61,255 bases of DNA from IMG/VR virus record IMGVR_UViG_3300045988_081680, positions 1-61,255 of that record; one strand, 5' to 3'. This DNA is from a virus. This document shows positions 8,000 to 15,862 of the stretch, piece by piece; the stretch's first letter is position 1, and the number at the start of each line of letters is the position of its first letter. Position numbers and translations under genes: made by a program. The notes beneath the pieces are model-generated. The model was not told the origin of the DNA and made no database searches. It saw only the letters and a list, made by a program, of their open reading frames with translations.

Positions 8000-10023
8000 G
8001 AAAAGATGCAGTTGGTTTATTTTGGGAGGATATTCCTCATGTTATACGTTCTGAAAAGAAAAAGCAAAAAGTAAAAGCGAAAGTTGAACCGCCAGAACCC
8101 GTGTGGTTATCACCGGACTATTTGCCAAATTTGGAAGAAGCCCAAAATATGCAAGTTCCGTTGATGAACGACATGGAACTGCTTGCTGCTTGTGGTAACA
8201 AAGAACGCTTATTGTTCGACATTGAGACATACCCTAACTACTTCCTCGCCTCTTTCCGTAGCGTGGTTTCCGGTAAACTCGTCTATTTTGAAATGACAAA
8301 GGACAGTAACTTTGAAGCGGGTAAGTTGAAATGGATTCTGGATAATTTTACCACAGTCGGCTTCAATAGCCTGAATTATGACTTGCCTATTACTGCCCTT
8401 GCCGTAAATGGAGCAAATAACGGCTTGCTCAAACAAGCCAGCGACATGATTGTCGCTCAACAAATGCGCCCGTCTGACGTCTTAAAACATTTTGGCGTTA
8501 AAATGCCAGCTTGGGATAATATTGACCTTATCGAAGTTGCACCATCTTTCTCTTCGCTTAAAATTTACGGCGGACGTTTGCACACGCCACGTCTTGAGGA
8601 CTTACCGTTTGAAGTTAACCAAAACTTGTCCCGTGAACAAATGGACATTGTTAAATGGTATAACGTGGAAGCCGACTTAGTAGCGACAGGTTTTCTGCAC
8701 CAAACACTTCAAGAACATTTGAATCTGCGTTACGCAATGTCCAACGAAGAGGGCGTTGACTTGCGTTCAAAATCTGACGCGCAAATTGCCGAAGCGGTTA
8801 TTGCTGCCGAGTATTATCGCGCAACAGGTAGGCGCGCGAAACGTGTCGAAATCCCCATCGGTACGCAATACAAATATGACACGCCTCACTTTATTAAGTT
8901 CCAAACGCCGTTGATGCAAAGGGCTTTGGAAATTATCCAAAACAGTGTTTTTGAAGTTGGTGAAAGCGGTGCAATCGACTTGCCACCATCCATTAAAAAC
9001 TTACTTCTGGAAATTAATACGTCCGTTTATCGTATGGGTATTGGTGGGTTACACTCGACCGAAAAATGCCAAAGTGTAAAAGAGGACGCTGAATACATTC
9101 TTAGGGATAAGGACGTAACGTCTTTCTATCCGTACATTATTCTTAATCAGGGGTTATACCCTGAACATCTTGGTCCAATATTCCTGCAAATTTACCGTGC
9201 CATTGTAAACCGTCGTGTTGATGCAAAAGCTCGCGGAGACAAGGTTGTAGCGGACAGCCTTAAAATCGTAATTAATGGTTCTTACGGTAAATTTGGTTCT
9301 AAATATTCTATTGTTTATTCTCCTAAACTTATTATCCAAACTACACTAACAGGACAGCTATCCTTACTGATGTTAATCGAACGTCTTGAGTTGGCTGGAA
9401 TCCGTGTGGTTAGCGCAAACACTGACGGCATTGTTATCCATTGCAAACGCACAATGCAGGATACAATGGAAGCCATTGTTAAACAGTGGGAACTGGATTG
9501 TGCTTTCCAAACAGAAGAAACTGTTTATTCTGCTATATACTCAAGAGATGTAAATAACTACATCGCGGTTAAACCTGACGGGTCTGTTAAAACTAAAGGC
9601 GCGTTTGCTAATCCGTGGTCTGATACTAAAAACTTGGCTGACCGCCTCAAGAAAAACCCTACAAACATTGTCTGCATTGATGCCGTGTGTTCATATTTAA
9701 CCACAGGTAGGCTCGTGGACGATTACATTTTAAATTGCAAGGATATAACTAAATTCCTGACGGTTCGTAGTGTTACGGGCGGGGCTGTTAAAGTGTATCC
9801 TGACAAAACAGATTATCTAGGTAAATCCATCCGTTGGTATTATGCCAAAAATATGGACGGAGAAATTGTATATGCTAAGTCTGGAAAGAAAGTACCTCGA
9901 ACAGACGGTGCTAAACCGTGCCTAACGTTACCAAGTGAATTTCCAGACGATATTAACCACACTTGGTATATCGAAGAGGCACACAAAATCCTAAAAGAAA
10001 TTGGAGCAGTTCATGAAAATTGA
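7996..10023 (+). CDS. family-B DNA polymerase with 3'-5' exonuclease domain
   Basis: Exo I FDIETYPNYF, Exo II NSLNYDLPI, Exo III YNVEADLV. Pol A DVTSFYPYII, Pol B KIVINGSYGKFG, Pol C SANTDGIVI. Confidence 0.9.
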   Translation: MRKDAVGLFWEDIPHVIRSEKKKQKVKAKVEPPEPVWLSPDYLPNLEEAQNMQVPLMNDMELLAACGNKERLLFDIETYPNYFLASFRSVVSGKLVYFEMTKDSNFEAGKLKWILDNFTTVGFNSLNYDLPITALAVNGANNGLLKQASDMIVAQQMRPSDVLKHFGVKMPAWDNIDLIEVAPSFSSLKIYGGRLHTPRLEDLPFEVNQNLSREQMDIVKWYNVEADLVATGFLHQTLQEHLNLRYAMSNEEGVDLRSKSDAQIAEAVIAAEYYRATGRRAKRVEIPIGTQYKYDTPHFIKFQTPLMQRALEIIQNSVFEVGESGAIDLPPSIKNLLLEINTSVYRMGIGGLHSTEKCQSVKEDAEYILRDKDVTSFYPYIILNQGLYPEHLGPIFLQIYRAIVNRRVDAKARGDKVVADSLKIVINGSYGKFGSKYSIVYSPKLIIQTTLTGQLSLLMLIERLELAGIRVVSANTDGIVIHCKRTMQDTMEAIVKQWELDCAFQTEETVYSAIYSRDVNNYIAVKPDGSVKTKGAFANPWSDTKNLADRLKKNPTNIVCIDAVCSYLTTGRLVDDYILNCKDITKFLTVRSVTGGAVKVYPDKTDYLGKSIRWYYAKNMDGEIVYAKSGKKVPRTDGAKPCLTLPSEFPDDINHTWYIEEAHKILKEIGAVHEN

Positions 10024-10276
10024 AGCGAAAAATGACGGCAAACTTTATACCGTTATCCGCCTTTTACAGGACGAACAAGGAACGTACCTGTTGATAGCTA
10101 GTGAAAGGCTGGATTCCTCTGCACCGTATGTGGTTATTGATGGCATGGTGCATCACGGGCGTTTACACGCAAGATGTCCTAATTGCCAAGAGAAATACTG
10201 GATGCCGTTGAACCAGACTCTTGAAGAGTTTAAGCAAGGTTGGCGTGTAACAGATATTAGACGTTTTAGAAGTTAA
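10013..10276 (+). CDS. hypothetical protein (87 aa)
   Basis: ATG 6 nt after TTGGAG; overlaps the polymerase end by 11 nt. Confidence 0.6.
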   Translation: MKIEAKNDGKLYTVIRLLQDEQGTYLLIASERLDSSAPYVVIDGMVHHGRLHARCPNCQEKYWMPLNQTLEEFKQGWRVTDIRRFRS

Positions 10277-10293
10277 TTAAACAGGAGACACAA

Positions 10294-10461
10294 ATGTCGG
10301 ATACAGTTAGAAGACGTCAGCGTGAGTTTATTCGTAATTTACAAGAAGAATGGGCTATTCTACTTGGTGGGTTCCGAAAACCTGAAAAGCGTGAGGTTAC
10401 TCAAAAGCGAATCAAACGACAGGTTGAGTTACGGTTTAAAGACAGAGATGCAGATTTGTAA
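10294..10461 (+). CDS. small basic hypothetical protein (55 aa; below the ORF-track cut-off)
   Basis: AGGAG 6 nt upstream of the ATG. MSDTVRRRQREFIRNLQEEW...RFKDRDADL. Confidence 0.45.
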   Translation: MSDTVRRRQREFIRNLQEEWAILLGGFRKPEKREVTQKRIKRQVELRFKDRDADL

Positions 10462-10475
10462 AGTTAAGTTATTGT

Positions 10476-10512
10476 AATTGTAGTCTGTTTAGAACCACTT
10501 TATACTACATTT
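10476..10512 (+). promoter_or_regulatory. member A of a conserved intergenic stem-loop family (loop TCTGTTTAGAAC)
   Basis: AATTGTAGT-loop-ACTACATTT; shares GATTTGTAAAG...GTAATTGTAGTCTGTTTAGAAC with 51606..51640. Confidence 0.45.
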
Positions 10513-10556
10513 ATTAAATAAGCAATAGGGCGTGTTACAGCGCGTTTAGCTACCCG

Positions 10557-10574
10557 CCCTATACTTACCCTTAC
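10557..10574. repeat. 18-mer CCCTATACTTACCCTTAC; reverse complement recurs at 47647..47664
   Basis: Exact 18/18 match in inverted orientation. It overlaps the right arm of hairpin 10525..10562 and sits 2 nt from a TAACCACA copy. Confidence 0.8.
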
Positions 10575-10617
10575 TTTAACCACAAACGCCCCGCATACGC
10601 GCGGCACGGAGCTACAA

Positions 10618-10785
10618 ATGCAGGTCTTTAAATATATTATTGCTGTTTTTGCATTAGGTTCGTTTTTAATTATTTCCTCTTGCTCGTACGATGACGAATT
10701 GGACAGCCAAGCTCGCTATTGTAAAGGCGTTCAAGAGGGTTCGCACCCAGACTATTTGGGTACTTTCGACAAGGAATGTAAATAA
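10618..10785 (+). CDS. small lipoprotein candidate (55 aa)
   Basis: MQVFKYIIAVFALGSFLIISSC: signal peptide plus lipobox-like ISSC. Confidence 0.5.
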   Translation: MQVFKYIIAVFALGSFLIISSCSYDDELDSQARYCKGVQEGSHPDYLGTFDKECK

Positions 10786-10861
10786 TGTGTGATTTCACTA
10801 GTCCAGGTGGACTGTTATTATTGTTCCTTGTATTGTTGATAATTTAACTTAGGACGATAAA

Positions 10862-11050
10862 ATGTATTCTGTTCAAAAATACGAATTGACTGACCCTAAA
10901 CAGGTTTATGTCTCAATCTATACTACCGGTAACGAAATTGAAGTTTATCTGGAAAACGACCAGAAAGGCTTGACTAAAGTGGAAATCTGCACAATTCCTG
11001 AAGCGATTGAGTTAGCCGCTAATATGGGTGTTCCTTTCCGGTTTGCATAA
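10862..11050 (+). CDS. hypothetical protein (62 aa), last gene of the rightward arm
   Basis: AGGACG upstream; followed directly by a terminator. Confidence 0.6.
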   Translation: MYSVQKYELTDPKQVYVSIYTTGNEIEVYLENDQKGLTKVEICTIPEAIELAANMGVPFRFA

Positions 11051-11051
11051 T

Positions 11052-11076
11052 AAAAGGGCGCGTTATGCGCCCTTTT
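11052..11076. terminator. bidirectional rho-independent terminator where the two arms converge
   Basis: AAAAGGGCGC-GTTAT-GCGCCCTTTT, with A-run and T-run on both sides, between stop codons at 11050 (+) and 11081 (-). Confidence 0.8.
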
Positions 11077-11080
11077 ATTA

Positions 11081-14000
11081 TTACAAAGTAATTCCGTATT
11101 TTGCAGCAAGTTCTGTTTTTCCAGTAACTTCGCCTGCGGTAATAAAGAATCCTTCGCCAACTTTCATTTCCACACATCCGTTGCCGCTATATGGCGCGCC
11201 GATACGGAGTTTCATACCTGCTGTCCAAGTTACAGTAAATTCCAACAGATACCATTTATCACGTTCAACAGCTAAGGCTGGAGAAGTAACAGTTCCGTTG
11301 ATTTTACCTGAACCACCTTTGATAGTGTAAGGTGTTGTACGTTCATCATAAACCAAGTCCGGACCGTCACCATCAGCAAAAGCTACAACGGCACTGGCGA
11401 CCTTACGATTGCCCATACCTGTGAATTTGACAGGTGCGACCAACTTGACTACATCACCCGCAACAAACGGAAGATTTTCAAAGTCGATGTAAGTACCAAG
11501 ATACTTAGTTTCACGGTCTTTCAGGTTGTTGACTAATACCCTGTGGTCACCGTCTTCTTGAACCATACCGTTAAATTGAGGACCGACGGTATTAGTGTTC
11601 ATAGACGGTTCTACTGTCACCTTAACGCCATCCGCATTTGTAACGGATTTTGCACCGATAGCCACATTGTCGCGAATATTAAACGTAACAAGTTTTTTAG
11701 GTGTAGCAGGTGCAGGGCTGGCGGGCGCGGCTGGCTCGTTACTGGCGGGCGGCTGCGCTGGTGCAGGTGTTGGGCTGGCTGGCTGCCCGCTTGCCGCTGG
11801 CGCGGCTGCTGGCGGGCTTGCTGGCGTTGCTTGCTCACCACTGGCGGCGGGTGCGGCTGCCTCGCCTTTTAACGCCAAATATGCGTTTCCAACTTCAGCA
11901 GCTGTCAATTCCTTGTTGTAGTACATGACGTTGTAAATATCAGCACTAACCTGACCGTTACCGTTCCAAATGGAACCCAAAGTAACAAGTTCGATGTCGG
12001 ACAGATGAGTCATAGTGATAACGTACTTGGTATTCAGCTTCAACTCTTGTCCTGTATAAGGAACGCCGTTAACATACATACGGTCTTGACGTTTCATTGT
12101 GAACAGGTCATCTCGTCCACCACGTTGAATACCAAATCCACCACCAACGCCTACTAAGTTTTCGCCGTTTTTATTAGCAAAGCCAACAAACGAAGTTCCT
12201 GTTGGACGACCGCCAAGACTCTTAATGGTAATTTCCATCATGAGACTGGCTTTTGCAGATTTTGTAACAGGCATCAAACCGTAAACACCAGCAGAAGCTT
12301 CTTCATCACGAAGTCGTGCGCGGATGTATTTGTTAGCAACATCAACCAAGCCCTCATATCCGCGTGGCGGGTAAGAACCTGCTTTTGTAACTTTGGTAGT
12401 CTTACCTTTGATTGGAATTTCCTCGCTAGTAGCATTCGCCCAATCGAGTTCATCAATCGGTGTGGGTACAGTTCCGTTTAAGGTAGGCTTAACGTAACTA
12501 TCTTCAAAGGTGACAACTTTAACCACAGTGGATTCCATTGTGAACTTCTCTGTCGCCGTGCCTGCAACGGTAATCGCTTCGCCGTTGTAAGTGTTACCGG
12601 ACACAAATGCGCGGTTCAGCGGCATTTTGCTGTTCAGCAGGAATTGAGCCATGAACTCGTCTTTTGGACGGTCACAAACAAACTTGTTGTTCATCAAGTT
12701 AAGGTGAATGCTTCCAGGTTCATCGAGTTCCAACGCGACAACACGGCGCACACTGTTTGTCGTGTAATGCAGTTCATTATCTTCGACAATAACAAGTGGA
12801 TGGCGAGCGCATTGGATGTAAAGGAATTGCGACCAAGAAACGTTCTTGCCTGCCTTGATTACATTGTGGTGAATATGGATTGGCATATCATTTGGAATAA
12901 CTGCCGAACCGTTTTTCTCTTGCAAGAAAATAGGCGTATCCATACCCTCTTCGTATGTGATGGTATTATGGGCGAACTCGATTTTACCAAGACCAATGTG
13001 GGCATTACCGTCCGCAGAAGCAAAGAAAATGTGGTGGATACGTTTACCTGTTACCGTGTTGTTTTTAATAACGACATTGGTCTTAACGTGTTTCGCGCCC
13101 TCATTATTGCGCCACTCGAACACGCGGTGACCTTTACGACCAGTCCAATCTATACCCTCAACAGTGTTACCCTCGATAAGGATATCCACGTCAGGTTGGT
13201 TCTTCCATGTTTGGTTTGGCTGCGGTTTGTTTTCCACACGCACACCAGTCCACTGATAGTAGTCGAAGTTACGGTATGGGTTGTCAGGGCTGGCAAACGT
13301 TGTCCATGGTTTGTGGGTTACGTCCCTTTCAAGAATGAAGTTCGGGTTATTGATCAGCTTGTTGCGGAGGATGCGGATGTTACGTTGAGGATAACCTCGA
13401 CCCTCGATAGCCACACCAAAGAAGCGGTCGCCATCAGATGTGTTGTCGCTAATCTCAGCGTCGCAAGCATCATGAGTATCTAAGCCTTTACGGTAGTTAG
13501 AACGGGTTGTGTTACCTGTCCAAGTAACCGAAGCGTTGACTGAACCGCTGAAAGCAGTGATGCCGTAACCCGTGCCACCGCTGGCTTCGTGACCGTTAAA
13601 TTCGCACAAACAACCGCGAACAATGTTACCTTTTTGATTTTGAACGAGAACGCCTGCGCTGCGGTTGTGGTGAGTATGACAATCAATAACCACATTGTCT
13701 TCGCCGCGATATTTAAGGTCGTCCAGTTTAACTTTACCAGTGTAGAAGTCAAAGTTTTCTTGCAAAGTTTCAGGGCTAATTGCACCGACAAAGATACCGG
13801 CACGATTACCGCCGCAAGCTTCAACACGTTCGACACGGCAACGTTTAGTGTCCATAAGAGCAAGGCATGAAATTTGACCGAAGTAAACATCGTCTGGGCG
13901 GTAGAATTCGCCCTCGTATTTGATTGTAAAGTCCTCAAAGACTTTATCCTCGACTTTATGGGCGAGAATACCGCAAGACAAACGGCTGTCCGTTTTGTTG

Positions 14001-14398
14001 GTATTGCTATCCCAATCGTATTCCTGCGCCCAATTAAACTTCAGAATGGACTTACCTTTACCAACACCCTTGATACCTTTAATCCGGCTATTGTTGGCTT
14101 TTGTAATTTTGATTTGAGATTCGAGAACGTACTCTTTCTCTTGCAGGCGAATAAAATCGCCCTCTTCCGCCGCGCGTTTAATCTCAAGCAAAAGCTCGAA
14201 CGTACTGTTGGAAGTGTAATCCTTACCTGTGGTTACACCTTTACCTTCCAGAATGTTGTTCAAGTTTTCACGAACGTCTTTTGGAATGTCCGATACGGAA
14301 TTAATAACCACAACATCATTCTGACGTTGCATGACGAGGGCTTTGTCCTCTCGATTATAGAAGCTGTAATCTTCAACTTTAGTGATCAGATCCATCAT
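11081..14398 (-). CDS. tailspike/depolymerase-like protein: right-handed beta-helix, LamG-like lectin domain, Pro/Ala linker, C-terminal binding domain
   Basis: 1105 aa. Beta-helix-type repeats (NRAGIFVG, HNRSAGVLVQN, GYGITAF). LamG-type ending ADIYNVMYYNKELTAAEVGNAYLAL. Linker AAAPAASGEQATPASPPAAAPAASGQPASPTPAPAQPPASNEPAAPASPAPATP. Confidence 0.75.
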   Translation of the reverse strand: MMDLITKVEDYSFYNREDKALVMQRQNDVVVINSVSDIPKDVRENLNNILEGKGVTTGKDYTSNSTFELLLEIKRAAEEGDFIRLQEKEYVLESQIKITKANNSRIKGIKGVGKGKSILKFNWAQEYDWDSNTNKTDSRLSCGILAHKVEDKVFEDFTIKYEGEFYRPDDVYFGQISCLALMDTKRCRVERVEACGGNRAGIFVGAISPETLQENFDFYTGKVKLDDLKYRGEDNVVIDCHTHHNRSAGVLVQNQKGNIVRGCLCEFNGHEASGGTGYGITAFSGSVNASVTWTGNTTRSNYRKGLDTHDACDAEISDNTSDGDRFFGVAIEGRGYPQRNIRILRNKLINNPNFILERDVTHKPWTTFASPDNPYRNFDYYQWTGVRVENKPQPNQTWKNQPDVDILIEGNTVEGIDWTGRKGHRVFEWRNNEGAKHVKTNVVIKNNTVTGKRIHHIFFASADGNAHIGLGKIEFAHNTITYEEGMDTPIFLQEKNGSAVIPNDMPIHIHHNVIKAGKNVSWSQFLYIQCARHPLVIVEDNELHYTTNSVRRVVALELDEPGSIHLNLMNNKFVCDRPKDEFMAQFLLNSKMPLNRAFVSGNTYNGEAITVAGTATEKFTMESTVVKVVTFEDSYVKPTLNGTVPTPIDELDWANATSEEIPIKGKTTKVTKAGSYPPRGYEGLVDVANKYIRARLRDEEASAGVYGLMPVTKSAKASLMMEITIKSLGGRPTGTSFVGFANKNGENLVGVGGGFGIQRGGRDDLFTMKRQDRMYVNGVPYTGQELKLNTKYVITMTHLSDIELVTLGSIWNGNGQVSADIYNVMYYNKELTAAEVGNAYLALKGEAAAPAASGEQATPASPPAAAPAASGQPASPTPAPAQPPASNEPAAPASPAPATPKKLVTFNIRDNVAIGAKSVTNADGVKVTVEPSMNTNTVGPQFNGMVQEDGDHRVLVNNLKDRETKYLGTYIDFENLPFVAGDVVKLVAPVKFTGMGNRKVASAVVAFADGDGPDLVYDERTTPYTIKGGSGKINGTVTSPALAVERDKWYLLEFTVTWTAGMKLRIGAPYSGNGCVEMKVGEGFFITAGEVTGKTELAAKYGITL

Positions 14399-14457
14399 TT
14401 ATCCGTTTCGTAATTATACGGAAGCAGCCTATGTTTCCATAAACTGCTTCTACTTTA

Positions 14458-14811
14458 TTAAACTTCTGATGCCTGCGCTCCAACTGATTTAGTAACCAGT
14501 TGGGCGGTTTTCAGAACTGACTCTTCCCCAGTTACAGGGTTCAATGCTTCTGTTAAATGGTTATAGATAAACTCTTCAGCACTTTCGTTACTTTGTGGCG
14601 CAGCGTTGATTTGTACTTCAATGCCCAATGCACCTACTGGCGATTTACCGTTTTCCCATGATTTTTGAGAAACGTAAGAACGCAACGTTGCTTGAACGAT
14701 ATTGCTTTCTTTGTTTACATAGTAGGACGTAACGCGGTGGAATTTACAGGTTACATCAGTTTCATCGTCAACTTGTTCAAGCAGAACGCCGATAATTTGA
14801 TTTTGTGACAT
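14458..14811 (-). CDS. hypothetical protein (117 aa)
   Basis: GGAGACAATC upstream of the ATG; located in the tail-fibre region. Confidence 0.7.
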   Translation of the reverse strand: MSQNQIIGVLLEQVDDETDVTCKFHRVTSYYVNKESNIVQATLRSYVSQKSWENGKSPVGALGIEVQINAAPQSNESAEEFIYNHLTEALNPVTGEESVLKTAQLVTKSVGAQASEV

Positions 14812-14831
14812 GATTGTCTCCTTGTTGTGAA

Positions 14832-15578
14832 TTAAATAGTTGGGGCTGTTACAAATTGTGAAGGGCGGCGAAATTTACATAATAGGCCGTATGCGTTGTA
14901 ATTTTCAAATCCTGTAAATGAAGCCTTACCATGATTATCGTGATACGAAATAAGACTACTCACATCTTCCAGTCTAGGGGAACTTCTGTCCCTTTTTCTA
15001 TTGTACACTCCAACCAAACGATTTCCTTTTCTATGTATAGATACCGCCCATATATCTATATCCACAAGACCTATAACAGTGTCAGGTGGTGTATATTCCA
15101 AACCTGTTACAATAACAATTTCTTTTCTGGGAGATCCTGACAAATCAATAATACCTAACACTTCATCGTCTGCTATATCTAATTCGCGCTCGAACGGTTG
15201 AGAAAACTTCAACTGCCCTAACACATTCAGATTCAACGCATTACTACTAAAGGTCAACTCGCCCGCTTCGTCATAAAGGTTTAGACCGTAACCGCTACTA
15301 TTGTCATTTTTCGTTGCCCGTGTAAAGTAATGACAGCGAACGATATTCTCATTTGGTTTATCCTGTACAGGGAAAGCGACATAATTGGCGTATTGTTCGG
15401 ACGGTATGCAAGCGATTGAGTAATTTTCAGAAATCTCCAACACTCGAATGACTTCACCACCGTGCATAGGTTCAAAAGAGACATAAGAATCTTTCTGTTC
15501 CTTTTGAACCGTGCCGTGATAGCTGTACACAATACCACCCGTCAGGCGTATCCCGTCTAACTCCGCACCAAAAATCAT
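14832..15578 (-). CDS. hypothetical protein (248 aa)
   Basis: ATGA overlap with the upstream gene; the track's start at 15590 is a TTG. Confidence 0.7.
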   Translation of the reverse strand: MIFGAELDGIRLTGGIVYSYHGTVQKEQKDSYVSFEPMHGGEVIRVLEISENYSIACIPSEQYANYVAFPVQDKPNENIVRCHYFTRATKNDNSSGYGLNLYDEAGELTFSSNALNLNVLGQLKFSQPFERELDIADDEVLGIIDLSGSPRKEIVIVTGLEYTPPDTVIGLVDIDIWAVSIHRKGNRLVGVYNRKRDRSSPRLEDVSSLISYHDNHGKASFTGFENYNAYGLLCKFRRPSQFVTAPTI

Positions 15579-15859
15579 AATGATCCCCAAACTTTCCCAC
15601 GCAAACGTATTCCATTCCAGTTACTGCAAGTAACTCTCAGACGGCCTGAATCTGGATTAAAATCAACATTAAGCTCGTCTTTATTTTGACCCAGTGGGGT
15701 GAATTGTTCCGAGTGGTCTTCAAAAGAGAAATGTAACTGTCTGTAGTTTGAAAATTCTTGTTTGAAATACCGCTCAATATTTCCTTTTATTTCAAACTCA
15801 CTTAGCAAAACTAAAAAGTTCTGCAACTTAAAATCCTTCAAATCCAAGCCGTAATCCAC
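15575..15859 (-). CDS. hypothetical protein (94 aa)
   Basis: ORF directly downstream of the fibre gene. Confidence 0.65.
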   Translation of the reverse strand: MDYGLDLKDFKLQNFLVLLSEFEIKGNIERYFKQEFSNYRQLHFSFEDHSEQFTPLGQNKDELNVDFNPDSGRLRVTCSNWNGIRLRGKVWGSL

Positions 15860-15862
15860 TGT

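Noticed and set aside
11543-11928. Four small ORFs (72-109 aa) around the Pro/Ala linker of the tailspike gene.
   Set aside because: These are open frames produced by GC-rich low-complexity linker DNA inside a 1105-aa gene.
12644-14413. Long antisense ORFs (279 aa, 152 aa, 179 aa and others) opposite the tailspike gene, and similar shadows opposite the fibre, tape measure, portal and other large genes.
   Set aside because: Each is fully contained in a much longer ORF on the other strand that has recognisable domains. Their translations have odd composition and there are no start signals.
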